Part shown: piece by piece, positions 1 to 12,733 of the stretch
Numbering within the stretch: the stretch's first letter is position 1
Layout of the letters: each line of letters begins with the position of its first letter
Assembly: GCA_964106645.2 (NCBI GenBank)
Contig: OZ067043.1
DNA: 64,000 bases
Reading direction: 5' to 3' (one strand)
Origin: Podarcis pityusensis
Lineage: Eukaryota
Program-made: the position numbers and the translations under genes
Notes under the pieces: model-generated
The model's input: the letters and a program-made list of their open reading frames with translations, nothing else
Told to the model about the DNA's origin: nothing
Database searches by the model: none

Positions 1-1257
1 CATGGGCACAAAGTCCACAGGTAGAAGTGTCGCTGCCCATTGTAACAGCTGAAAGCTGGCTCTCTAAATCTGTGATTCTCTGCAAACCAGAGATAAGTAG
101 CTTATAACTTTCTTGATCATGATATAAATACACTGACAACTGTATGATGTCCCTGGAAATTGTAGATGTATCCAGTAGACATGTAAGGTAAGTGTCTGAA
201 TTTGTACCACTATATATAAAGGGTGCGGTATAGCGCGAGCACTAGGGGCCAGATTTAGAAGCCTGGCAGGCTAGAGGTTCCCTGTGCCTAACCTACAGGC
301 TTATGTTCTGGAAATACAGACATTTGCAATTGCACATTATTCTGAAATAACTTACCAACATAGTCATGCCCTACTGTCTACTTCATTGGGGGTGGGGAGG
401 GAGCCAGGTCAGAAACCAGGCCCCTAGTGTACAGTACCATGATGGGGAAAGTATCCATTTCCTGGAGTTATGAGTCAAATAATTAAGGATGGGAATGGGG
501 AAAAGAATTGTTGCTCATGAGTTTCTGTTCTCAAGTCTACTCTTTATAGTTCTATTCTATCGTTATATTCACTTTTAGATCCTGCCCCAGATCTTTCTTT
601 ATTAGGCAATTTGTATAATTATATAAACCCTGTAATTATGCTTGCAGTGGAGGCTGGTCCATTAGGACAATTGAGGCACTGTCCCACCAACTAACATTTC
701 CTCCTTAGCCACCCCTCCCCCATCTTACAACCAGTCCAGGAGGTGATAGCGGCTGTTGGCTTCTTACCCCTCAGTCTCAGTGTTGCCTTTGCAGAACTTA
801 GCAAGGAGGTGGATGGGGAACAAAACTAAGATCAGTTGGCTCTGCCTGTCATTGCCTCTGGCTCCACCTCCTGTTGGTTTCTTTGCCTTTGATCCTACCA
901 GACCCAATGGGCACCAGCCACATGTATGACTGTATAGAGAAGAAAAACTACATTCCTTGTCAGTTATGGTGCATCCAGTAACTAAATAAATACATAAATG
1001 GGGAGATAATACACCGATTATCATAGGGCATTGCATGAAGGGCCTTGAACATGGGAACCTTACTGAAGTTCGGCAGGTCTAGGCAGTGCCTGGGCGACAG
1101 ACTGCATGGGAATCCAATGAAAGCTATTGAGTTCTATTACAGAACAAAGGTGGGATATAAATGCAATAAATGGATGCAGCTTAGAATATAAAATGTTCTT
1201 TCTGTAATCTAAAGGTGTTAATTTAAAACAAATATTGTTAAAGAACAATACTCTTAC

Positions 1258-1320
1258 CTGGTACTCATTTTCTGCATGCTCAATGATTTTAATAAACTCC
1301 TTGGCTGTTTGGACATCATT
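1258..1320 (-). CDS. CAPZA1: CAPZA1 exon 9, NDVQTAKEFIKIIEHAENEYQ (final exon lies outside the window)
   Basis: 63 nt, TAG acceptor, GTAAGA donor; no TAISENY... exon found in 1-1250. Confidence 0.96.
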
Positions 1321-1740
1321 CTATAAAGATGAACAGGCAACAATTAGCATATCAACACATGGTCAACATCTAAAAGTTCCATGGGGAACTCACATTCCCA
1401 TCCAAGCTTTGGAGTGAACATGAGTACCACAGCTCCCAATCCCTCAAGATATAGTCAATTATAGACATTATATTTTGATTTATTTTTAAACGGATTACTG
1501 ACTAATGGAATTGGTTAGTGTACCTGTTAGTGTTTTGAAAACCACTACAGTGAATGTTTTAAAATTCCTTTGCTACATAGTTAAAAAACAGCAAGTTTTA
1601 GGCAGAGACTGCTGTCCTTTGTAGGAAAATACAACTTAAGAGATCAAACATGTGACCTGATCTCTCTCTCCACCTCCCCCAGCAATAAACTGAAGATTAA
1701 AATTTTGGGAACAGGGAATGATGATATGTAATCTGGAACT

Positions 1741-1953
1741 AGATTCAGGTAGGTAGCTGTGTTGGTCTGACGAAGTCGAAATAAATAAAAAATTTGTCCA
1801 GTAGCACCTTAGAGACTAACTAAGTTTGTTCTGGGTATAAGCTTTCGTGTGCATGTACTTCAGATACACTGAAACACCAGACCATTATATCAGATCACCC
1901 ATCTCCTACGACCCTTCTGAGAAAAACCCCACTCCACCCTCCCACTATATATA
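1741..1953. mobile_element. Penelope-like element remnant (inverted two-part structure)
   Basis: GTAGCTGTGTTGGTCTG...GTAGCACCTTAGAGACTAAC...AAGCTTTCGTG matches the reptile Penelope terminus; the adjacent CACCCATCTCC...CACTATATATAA part is in the opposite orientation. Confidence 0.72.
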
Positions 1954-2374
1954 ATGATTCAATAAAAACATGGTTTCTTTGCAATTCTGGGATTGTGATA
2001 AAATATATTGAGAGAAGGTATGCATGCGGTACAGCATGTAGATAAAGCTGTTTTCCTGACATTAAGCCTGGAGAAAGAATACTTCCTGAAGCCTGGAGTG
2101 TTTCTTACAAATGCCCTGCTGCCCACAAACACTCATCAGGAACTGCTTGGATATTTGAGTTTGGCCTGAGTGATAGAAACAGTCCCACTCCCAAGGTCAC
2201 ACAGTTCTCCCCGATATCCATGTGTTAGGCATGAATATCTGCAGGGGCTATGCATGTAAATTTATAAGGGAAGTGAAAATGTCATCCTAAGAAAGCCTTC
2301 CCTCTCTCCTCCCCCCCCCCCCCAGGTTTGAAAGCAAAATTATATGTAGTATAAAGGAAACTTGCTGCACTCAC

Positions 2375-2446
2375 CGACACTGCTACAGAATCCTGTATGT
2401 CTTTGTGACTCACCAGCTGCACATTACCATCTTCATAGTAATGCAC
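2375..2446 (-). CDS. CAPZA1: CAPZA1 exon 8, [24 protein letters not shown]
   Basis: 72 nt, TAG acceptor, GTGAGT donor; VHYYEDGNV family signature. Confidence 0.97.
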
Positions 2447-2931
2447 CTAGATTAAAATAAAACCCATAGTTTTAAGCAGTATTTAAGCCTCTGCCTGGGG
2501 GACTATGTTGTGCTAAGTACTGTACAGGCAGAAGGGAAAGCTCCAGCTCCCAACCCCAAAGCTAAACATCTCAACAGCAGTTTAGCTTCTTCTCATAATA
2601 TGCATCATTTCCCAAAAGTCTTTTAAAAAACGATCCAACTAATATCTTTCTTTTTGAACAGCCATTGTATCATGAAGAATCCTGACAAAGACTTTGCCGC
2701 CGATAAGCTTTTAAAAAGGCTCAATCTCAATTTCAATTGTATTGTAGATAAAAGAGGAATACAGGGCTTTGTTGCCTTAAACACCAAAGTGGGGCTGCAT
2801 CATGCTCCAGCACATTTCATCTTGGCTATGCAAATCAGTGAGAGCCTTTTTATGCAGTCAGGCATGTTAACTTGTAGCTTCGAAAGTTCTACTCTGGGAA
2901 GGTACCAACCAACAAAGCACTAATTTCATCA

Positions 2932-3153
<222 letters not shown>

Positions 3154-4021
3154 TTAGAGCAAAAGTGAACTGGACAAGTCCTCCCTCCACCATAGGTAAA
3201 CTGAAGCAGACTAATTGTTTACTGGTCTCACTTGTTCAGGCATATTTGCTTGGAATTTATATAGCTGACAACTCCTATGCAGATGAACATTACTTCACAG
3301 CTGAACTCTATCCACATTCTGAAAGCAGAGCTTCCAGTGAACTACTGTTTTTGTTAATTATAACAAAATAGGCAAAATTGAGTTATACAAAAGAGCACTA
3401 GGAGTGTGCTCTTAGTCCAAAACACAAATGATTTGCCTGTGGTAATTTATTCTGACAGTAGATTAAAGCAACAGTTAAGGCCTTTGGGCTTTGAAACAAG
3501 TAAGGCTACTGCCTCTCTTCTGATTCAGCTAAATTAGATATTAAATGCCTCCTTGTCTTTCACATGCAGGTTGGTTTTTTAAAAAATTCTGAGACCATAG
3601 ATGGGCTATGATTATCAGGATCACAGGTGACAAAGAAAGCTTTTCATCATGTGCTTTGGTTTTGAGGGAAATCCTTCCTTTTAGGGTGAGACTTGCTCTG
3701 GGTGGAAATCCCCTATTAATGCCAATGGGTGATTTCACACAAATGTAAATGCCAGCTTCAAAGGATGGAAGGGTTAAATCCCCTCTCTACACCTGCTACG
3801 ATTAAGATTATCAGCCCCCACCTGATGTTATTTGCATTTTTAATGTCCACATAGTTTGGTCCAAAGAAGAGCAGGTCTGCCCCTGAGGAATTTAAACTTC
3901 CAGAGAAGGTGGTCCATTAAGTCACAGTAGATAGTTCCCTTTTTCAAGCCATGAAGGATAAGATGGACCAGTGTGGATTAATTTGTGCTGAATAAAGATT
4001 ATGTATCAGAGACATGCTTAC

Positions 4022-4101
4022 CAGAAGTTTTTGGGCTGAAACTGGTGACTCTCAATGCAAGCAATGACTGTTGGCTGCCCATCTATTGTCTTACTGTAAA
4101 C
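4022..4101 (-). CDS. CAPZA1: CAPZA1 exon 6, VYSKTIDGQPTVIACIESHQFQPKNF(W)
   Basis: 80 nt, TAG acceptor, GTAAGC donor. Confidence 0.96.
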
Positions 4102-4936
4102 CTATTTCCAGGAGAGAAGCTTACATAAGAGAACACAAAAACTTCAAACTCACCTGGCTTTAGATATTATAGCAGCAGAGTGGGATACACTTTTCTGTAG
4201 GTTTGTTCCAGGCATGGCCCACCACCACGAGCAGCAGACAAATTGCCACCCAACTGTCATCTCAATTTCAGTCAGATGACAATTGTGCAGCAAGAGTTAT
4301 GCAAATGGTCCTGTCCATGTGCTGGCAGACTTGTAAATAGTGCATCAATACTATCAATACTATGTAATAAACCCATGGAAAAACAGCTCCCATGCAACAG
4401 CTGTAACATCCAAAGGGAACCCAATTTCTTGGTAAAACCAGTTCTAAAGAGCATCAGGCTGAAACACAACAGCCTGCTTTCCTGACTAATGATGTGTTAC
4501 TTGGGTGCCAATTTGTTATCCTATACTCCCTTTTTGCCTGCATATCCAAATGGATTTCTCTTCCATTTTGTTTAAATGTCAGACATACACTGTATGTCAT
4601 TTAAGCACAACACCATTTTACACTTGTCCTTCTGTCAAGGGGGAAAGGGAGGGAATATTTTGGTTCCATTTTGTAGCCAGAATAGGGAAGATGCTGGAGT
4701 TGCTTGAAGCCTATAAAATACATTTCAAGGTTATTTAATTCAGCTTTCATATTTCTAGGCCATGTGTAAGTAGCACACACACTTTTTTAACCTCCCATTG
4801 CAACACAGAAAAAACAAAGTGCTAATAATGTTAGCTAACGACATCTATGTCACTGGTAGAGTCAAACTTTTTCTGTTCTTTACATTAGTCAACGTAAGAA
4901 CAATGAGTCAACAGAGAAGAACATTGGATACTTAAC

Positions 4937-5143
4937 AGTACAGAAGCCATGTGGATAGTGATCTTTCACATAGGCCCTTAGTGCACCATCACAGGCATCC
5001 CTCCAGGTCTTCAGCGCTGCATCTGTGTCCTCTGGCTGGGGATCACTTGCTTCTTTCCTTAAATGATCAAATTTAAAGGAAAGCTTGTTCCTTGGGTCTA
5101 GAAATCGACCATTACCAAGATCACCATGTTCCGTAATTAAAAC
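4937..5143 (-). CDS. CAPZA1: CAPZA1 exon 5, [20 protein letters not shown]...[10 protein letters not shown]
   Basis: 207 nt within ORF 4889..5194; AAG acceptor, GTTAAG donor. Confidence 0.96.
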
Positions 5144-5240
5144 CTTAAAAAGAAAAAAGAAAAAACTATTATAGTTAGAACACTGGCAAGCCATTGTGAG
5201 TGCACCTTCTTACAGGCTTCCTTGGCTCTTGTTTCAGGTA

Positions 5241-5466
5241 CAGTGGTATCTCGGTTTACGAACTTAATCCATTCCGGAAGTCCATTCTTAAACCAAAATC
5301 GTTCTTAAACCGAGGCACACTTTCCCTAATGAGGCCTCCCGCCACTGGTGCCCTTCCACCGTTTGGATTCCATTCTTAGACCCAAGGTAAAGTTTGCAAA
5401 CTGGGACACTATTTCTGGTTTTGCAGAGTTTGTAAACAGGGCTGTTCTTAAACCGAGGTACCACTG
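5241..5466. mobile_element. Tc1/mariner (Tigger/pogo-like) MITE
   Basis: TIRs CAGTGGTATCTCGGTTTA / TAAACCGAGGTACCACTG with TA duplication on both sides; opposite orientation to the copies at 21216 and 60549. Confidence 0.88.
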
Positions 5467-6517
5467 TACATTATAAAAAAAAAAGATAGATCCTTCTCTG
5501 CTTGCAAGAGGGACCCTTGAGAAGCATTAAGTAACCCAATTCTGAAAGGGCCAAGTTAAGGAAAGGCAGAAGCACAAAACTGGATCATATCAGTGGCCGA
5601 TGTGTAACCCTGCACCACCACTAGCTTCCTGGGAAGGTGGAAAACCCCTATGAGGCAAGCATCTTCCTCAAGGAAGAGACTACTCAACAGCTTTGCTGAA
5701 CAGGAAACCTTATATCTCTTTTCAAACTCAACATTAATTAGTATATTCTCCACAAAACTTGGTAAGCCCTCCCCCTCCCATCATTGTCACCCCACCTCAA
5801 TGCCCTTGACGAAGCGTTTTCTCCCTTTGCTCCAGCTGCCCTCTTCTTGCTTCACTACCTTGCTGGTATCAAGTCCACCTTCAGACCTGAAGAGGTTTCA
5901 AGGCTGTGCTGGATGCCTACAGTTTATTCAAGATGATACTGCCTTAAAGGCATTAAAGCCAGCCATGCTTAGTTGCTGCTTGACGATTCAGTCCTCTGGG
6001 CGAGTAAAGAGATGGCAAGAGGTATGGCGGGAGGAGGGAACATATGGTTGAAGCACCTTTAAGGAAAGCTTGTGCACATGATGAATCACCTGCTTGCTTT
6101 CCCCAACATGTAGCCAGAAGTCACATTCCCCTTAGCTGGGGTGCAGTCTTGTCTTCACTCTATTCCACCCCTCCTGAGGCTATAGAGCTTCCTGTTCCTG
6201 CAGGGGGAGTTGGAGGAGGTTTTGGGCAGCAAGCAGTGAAGCCAGCCATAATCTTTCCAGCTTCTCACCAGATTCAATACTTTAATGCAGCACTGCGCCA
6301 CATATTAAAAACTACACTTTTTTTATAGTGCATTAAAATACAGGCATGCTCAAAATTCTCTCCTTCACCACACACGTGATGTCCAGTGCCAATATATGCA
6401 ACCTGAATGACATCCCATGATCTCCAACCTTTAATCATTCCCACAAGAACAAGCATTTTGCAAGCATAAAGAGAGGCAGGGGAGACCAGGCACAGAGGAG
6501 GTCTTAATATCTAGTTA

Positions 6518-6730
<213 letters not shown>

Positions 6731-6942
6731 TTATGGGCCTCTATTAATATTTCACCACTGCAGAAAGCATACAATTTCTATAGTTGGCAGGTTTATAGTG
6801 AACAAACTCACTTCAGTATTGGAAACAATTATATACAACAATCCCTCCATCCCTCCTATTTCAAGCTTTACTGAAGTGGTTTATGAACAAATTGCATAGC
6901 TTGAGGCAACACGGATCTTAACATAAAATAAGGGGTACTTAC

Positions 6943-6994
6943 TGGGCTGCCCCTTCCCTAAGAAGATTGTCATTGTTAAGCAGCAACCGGACAT
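6943..6994 (-). CDS. CAPZA1: CAPZA1 exon 3, (D)VRLLLNNDNLLREGAA(H)
   Basis: 52 nt, TAG acceptor after polypyrimidine tract, GTAAGT donor. Confidence 0.97.
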
Positions 6995-8155
6995 CTAAAA
7001 AAGAAGAAGAAAACATTCATACAGATGAGCAACAATTGCACTGCTTCAATATAATGTTTACTAGCACACAGATAAATGTTTGAACAACAAATTGTTTGGA
7101 TTGGATACAAAAAAAATTGTTGACAAAAAATCGTTCTCATTTTTTAGGAATGTGAGAGCTTCTAACAGAAAAATAAAGAAAGTGTGTTGCATTTAGAATA
7201 TCCTCTGATATAGTGAGTACTTCTGAAAGGTATTTCCTTTTGAGGCAGTATTTTTCTTAGTATAGTATATGTCAAAGGATTAGGTTTCAAAGAGTTAAAG
7301 AACTATTCAGACTGGAGTGGAGGGAAATCAATTATACACCCATTTTTAGATGGAACCTAAGCAAACAGCTGACTGGCCGGGTGGGAATCAGAACCCCACC
7401 CCCTTTATTTCTTAAACAAAAACCAGGCTGGAATTCTCTACTACAATGATACTGGATACCAAAAAGGAGCACACTGGAGGACAGATAAGTTTTGTGTGCG
7501 AAATTTTGCATTTCTATGAATGGCTCCAGAGAAGACCCATAATCTTGAAAGTTACTAAGGAGGCAGTTGACAAAAATACAAGTGCTACTTGGACAGTTCA
7601 AGTGCTGCTCCTGAACACCTTTTCTTTATGAACTACCGGAGGTAACTTTATGCTGTGAACTGCCCTGAGATCTATGGATGAAGTGCGGTATAAAAAATTA
7701 GTAAATAGTAAGTAACAACTGAAGTTCCCACTTTACATGTATATTGGCACCACAAAAGCATTCATGTTCACTCAGCAGGAAGCAGCATATGTAGTTTTAT
7801 CTTCCTTCCCAGCTACTTGAATCAGGCAGCAGCATAGCAGCTATTTGTTTGCATAGCCCCAATTGCCCTGTCACACAAAAAATAAGATGTTGGGGACAGA
7901 CCTACGTATATAAAATGCAAGACCACCAAAAGCCAAGACACTCACAAGCAATCCGCAATTTTTGGTACAGAAGACATTTTAAAGGCGAGTTTATTTATTA
8001 AAAACACCAAATTCCCTATTTCTGAATGACAGTAACCCCAACAGCAAGAACTTTGGTCTTAAATAGTTCAGTATAGCCTCATAGGCATTCAATGATTTTT
8101 TTGTTAACTGATAAAATGGAGAACTTATATGAATCATTTTGTTTTTTTAACTTAC

Positions 8156-8219
8156 CATTAAACACTTCATTGAATTCCCCAGGAGGTGCATGAGTGATGA
8201 ATTTTGCAGCTATACGCAC
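8156..8219 (-). CDS. CAPZA1: CAPZA1 exon 2, [21 protein letters not shown](D)
   Basis: 64 nt, CAG acceptor and GTAAG donor; peptide matches CapZ alpha. Confidence 0.97.
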
Positions 8220-9286
8220 CTGCAAATAAATCAGATGGGCTTCAGTCTGTGCTCTTAAACAGATATTTAGCAGTGGCTGCAGTTGAAGCCACACAACATG
8301 CATGGTTGCAACAGGTGCAGCCACAGCAGAGTCATATTGCAATGCAGTTAACAGTGCAAACTGGTGCCCTTGAAAGTCCCTGGTTATCCCATTTGAGAAA
8401 CCCCAAACTAATTAGTTATGTTCCTCTTTTGGGGGGTGGGCAACAGCAAACTGCAACATGCATAAAATGGGTCACTGAAAGACTTAAACCACAGGGGACA
8501 ATCTAAGTTAGAGCTTCTGTACTTTTCCCAGTCATGTATACAAGATTCAGATTTTCCATTTTATGCAGGATTATGATGTTGAAACTTCCTCATCAACACA
8601 ACTGCTACAGGTATAGATACCCTAAAGAAGAGAGATTATCCCTTCTGGTATTAAAACCAATTTCTTATGATCTACTATCTGTTGTCATGTCCTCTCTTTC
8701 ATATAAACGTACACAATGTAAAAATTTAACATCCCCAAAATTTGTGACTGATATCCTAAGGTCCACGTTATATATCAACAGGCCTAGTTTTCACATCAAA
8801 TGAACATCCAAGTAAATTGAATCAAATGGCAGTCAAAGTGAAAAAAATATTTTCAAGTAATAGTTCTTTTACTATTGATCATAAGATGGCAGACTTTGGC
8901 AGAAGTAATAATAATACTCTCCTGTTGACTTCAGGAATATCTGCAGTTCTGTCAGATTGCCTCAAAGGTTTTTTTTTTTTTTAATGGGATTCAGACATCT
9001 ATGTGCTTACTACATATCTCCCACAGTCGTGATGCAATTCATTTGCTGAGGATGCCTGGTTAGGAAAGCAAATGCTCCAGGTCAGCATTAAATCAGAACA
9101 GTTATGAGGTGACTGAGGGACTTCAAATTCCTCCTAAAGTACAAAGGATACCAATCTAAAGAGATATTAGGGATATCTAGACTAGAAATGAGTACAAGGG
9201 ATTGAGATTGATATAGGATAAGTTTCATGTTTTCTAGGCTATAAAAAGATGGTTGAATAAAAACTTCATTGCAAGTAATACATATA

Positions 9287-9603
9287 CAGTGGTGCCCCGC
9301 AAGACGAATGCCTCGCAAGACGAAAAACTCGCTAGACGAAAGAGTTTTCCGTTTTTTGAGTCGTTCTGCAAGACGAATTTTCCTATGGGCTTGCTTCGCA
9401 AGACGAAACGTCTTGCGAGTTCTTGCGAGTTTGTTTCCTTTTTCTTAAAGCTGCTAAGCCGTTAATAGCCGCTAAGCTGTTAATAGCCGCTAAGCTATTA
9501 ATAGCCGCTAAGCGCCGCTAATAGCCATGCTTCGCAAGACGAAAAAACCGCAAGACGAAGAGTCTCGCGGAACGGATTAATTTCGTCTTGCGAGGCACCA
9601 CTG
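9287..9603. mobile_element. Young Tc1/mariner MITE with internal tandem repeats
   Basis: TIRs CAGTGGTGCCCCGCAAGACGAA / TTCGTCTTGCGAGGCACCACTG, TA TSD; CpGs retained; (GCTAAGCYRTTAATAGCC)x~4 inside. Confidence 0.9.
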
Positions 9604-9842
9604 TACATAAAGCAACAAAACTTTCTCTGAGGGAAGCAAACATAGGATTACAGCCATAGATATTAAAGCCCACTTCATATACAGGTGGTGACCATTTTAG
9701 CCAGGTCCAACTGATATGTGATTGCTGATGAGCGGGTCCTTTTGGACCCAGAAGAGGGTGGAACGGGGTGTGGCATGCTTATACATGCTCCACTGACACG
9801 CATGGAGGCTGGGAACAGAACCCCTGCATGAAATAGTTACTG

Positions 9843-9979
9843 CAGGCTTCCTCAAACTTGGCCCCCCCAGATGTTTTTGGCCTACAATTCCCATGATCCC
9901 TAGCTAGCAGGACCAGTGGTCAGGGATGATGGGAATTTTAGTCTCAAAACATCTGGAGGGCCGAGTTTGAGGAAGCCTG
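9843..9979. mobile_element. Palindromic hAT MITE
   Basis: TIRs CAGGCTTCCTCAAACT / AGTTTGAGGAAGCCTG; 8-bp TSD AGTTACTG/GGTTACTG. Confidence 0.88.
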
Positions 9980-10216
9980 GGTTACTGCCTGTATTCAATT
10001 GTCCTACACAGGTGAGTGAACAAGTTGATCTATGCAAGTTTCCCAAGTGGCATTTGCTCAGCAAAAATACACTCCCACCATCACACAAAGCTACTATCTA
10101 TATGATTTTTCCAAATTTTAACACGTCAGAGGAGAAAAAAACACATGACGTGGATCCAAGGCAGATTTTATTGTATTTAAACATTAGCATGCCTAGTTAG
10201 ATGATAAAAACAAGCT

Positions 10217-11140
10217 TTATTGTTTTTGGCATCCGTCTGTCTCGAGAGAATGGTGCATGCCTCCGGGAGTGAAGTCAAACCACTGTGTTACCAACAGTGA
10301 AGTGACCTCCTGAGGGTGCAAGCCAGGGCAATGTGTATGGAGGTCCTGGGCTGCCCAGATGACAAGACACACACTCCTCGCTGATGTGGTCCAAAGGAAA
10401 GCAAAGCAATACATTTGGCACCAGCTTAGTTGTACAAGGTGCCATACAACCATCTTAGGGACTCCATTCTGGATTTGTGGAGGGTTTATCCCTTAGCATT
10501 TTCTTCTCCCAAAGATACCCCTCAAGGCAGCAGAGGTTTAGGATCAGAGTACAGGGGAACCTCAGTTTTTGAGCATCTCGGAAGCCGAACGATTCGGAAC
10601 CTGAATGCTGAAAACCCAGAAGTGAATGCTTCCATTTTTGAACGAGCCTCGGAAGTCAAACAGCTTCCAAGGCCTGTTTCTCCATTTTCTCAATGGAATT
10701 TGCTGACCACCCATTGCGTCTCAGTTGTTGAAGATTTCGGAAGTTGAATGGTCTTCTGGAACGGATTACGTTTGTCAACCCATATACCACTGTATTTCTT
10801 CTCCTATGGTTACCTTCCCAGGTAGACGAGCCCCATCTGCCCCTCATTTCCCTCTACAACATGTGCAGAAACTACCTTCTTGACCACTGGACCCACCATT
10901 TGCTCATTTCACCAGAACCTGTCTTTGCATGTAGGGGAAGTCCATGTAGGGTTTGAGACTCATCAGCCACCCTCACCTGGTTTGGCCGGCCATTTGAAGC
11001 TGTTTCCTGGAGTGTGGCCGCTGTCTCATGCTGACAGCTTCTAGGTAAGAGCTGAGTGGCAGGGCTGGGACCAAAGGTGGAAAGACTACCCCCAGAAGGA
11101 GAACATCGTGTCCCCCCACTAGAGGTACTTCCCCTCTCCC
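10217..11140 (-). mobile_element. Non-autonomous RTE-clade retroelement (5' region fused to 3' end), interrupted by a MITE
   Basis: Minus strand carries GGGCAGATGGGGCTCGTC..CCTGGGAAGG..AGGAGAAG..ACTCTGATCCTAAACCTC and ends CGAGACAGACGGATGCCAAAAACAA, resembling RTE-clade termini; no RT ORF. Confidence 0.62.
10552..10792. mobile_element. Tc1/mariner MITE nested in the RTE-type element
   Basis: TA-CAGGGGAACCTCAGTT ... AACCCATATACCACTG-TA; removing it restores the host element. Confidence 0.8.
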
Positions 11141-12733
11141 AACCCCCCATGTAAGCATCATTGGACCTGAAACAGATGCACAGTTGTACTGTCATGATTC
11201 TAAGAGCACTACACAAGTTGGCCTAATACATACTGCAGCACCATATTATCCAAAAGAAACCTGCTCCTATCCTCCTCCCCCCCCCCCAAACTCCACCCAC
11301 ATAGATGTAGCCCTGAGAGGCACATAGCTGGGAACAAAGCCTCCTCTGCCTTTTGGTGTATGTAACAGAACTGGAACACAGTGTCTATCATATCATAATG
11401 CCAAGGAAGAAAAGGGACTGCTATATTTTGATTCTGAAACATGAATCTGTATAAAAGAAGAACAAGGAATGGAGTATATCCTCCCACCACTACCAAGCTG
11501 CCACTGCTGTCAATTGGGGGGGGGGGGGCATTAATAATTCCCTGGTGAAAATTACTGAAAAGCAACGTCTAGAAATAATTTCCCCTAAGACTTTCCCGAG
11601 CATTGCCCTAGATGGCTGAAAGTCTCCTTCAAACTATAGCATGTGCTTTTATTAGAAAGTGCATCTGTAAGCAGTAAGCATGACGCTCTGGTTGCATTAA
11701 AGCACTCCTACAAATACTGTGCTCAAAGAACATATTACTTTGTCTAACAAGCACCAGGATTCATTTCAATGGAGAGTATCGGATCCATTTCCCCTCATTT
11801 GACCATCTTCACCTACAATTATCTCTCAGGGGTACCCAAAAAATAACAAGCAGACAAAGTGAGAAACTGAAAGCAGGGTGGGAGGAGGAGGAATACAACG
11901 CTTTTGCAGTCTTTTATAATCCAACTAATAGCAACTTATTAAAACACAAATCTATTGTGGACACAGTCCTATCAAATTCATCACGGGTACTAAAACTTTT
12001 TTGATTGTTTTCAGATTTCAGATCCAAACTCAACTAATCAAAAAGTGTGTGTTCATCAGTGTGCTGAAATCTATTTTCATTTTCATTCTCTCTGACAAGA
12101 TATCTATATCAAGCAATGAATGTGTCTAAGCTGCAAGGGAAAAACAAACATATACGGTACATTAAATCACACAGCCTTATATTATTTCTTTAGAAAAATA
12201 AAGGCATAGCAGCTATGGCTAAGCTAAAAAATAATGCATTTGCCTTTGTTAAACTGAGCAAAGTTCTAGTTATTTGGTGTGGTAAGCACTATTTTCAAGC
12301 TTATCAACAACCTGCAATTTTGACTTCTGTTTTCTTAGTGTACTAATGCAGACAGGTCCCCATCTGCTTCAATTTCACATGAAAACAAAGCTGGAAGAAA
12401 TTGATTTCCCTTCTCTAGAGCAGAAAATGCACCAAAATAAATGTTACTGTATTTGGGTTGTCATGGGTACATGCAGACTCTACATATTCAGACAGACTGC
12501 AATCGAATATTGTGACTACAGTAATTCTAGCCTTTGCTGAATTAGCAATTCATTGCCATGTCCTACAGCAATCTTACTAAATTTAAAGCTGAAATTCCCA
12601 ATACATAACCTGCAGGTTTTAAACTATGCAATGTATCCAAATCAACACTTCCTTGTAATTTCTTACTATGCAGATTCTAGGTTTCATGGTGCCCTCAGCC
12701 CAATTTTTTTTGCATCTCTTTACTATGCGAATA

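Noticed and set aside
645-925. hAT MITE (CAGTGGAGGCTGGTCCATT...AATGGGCACCAGCC)
   Set aside because: Likely a real relic, but the right TIR and TSD are too decayed to set boundaries, so it is not listed as a feature.
9452-9526. Short tandem array as a CRISPR-like repeat
   Set aside because: No spacers, eukaryotic DNA, and internal to a MITE.
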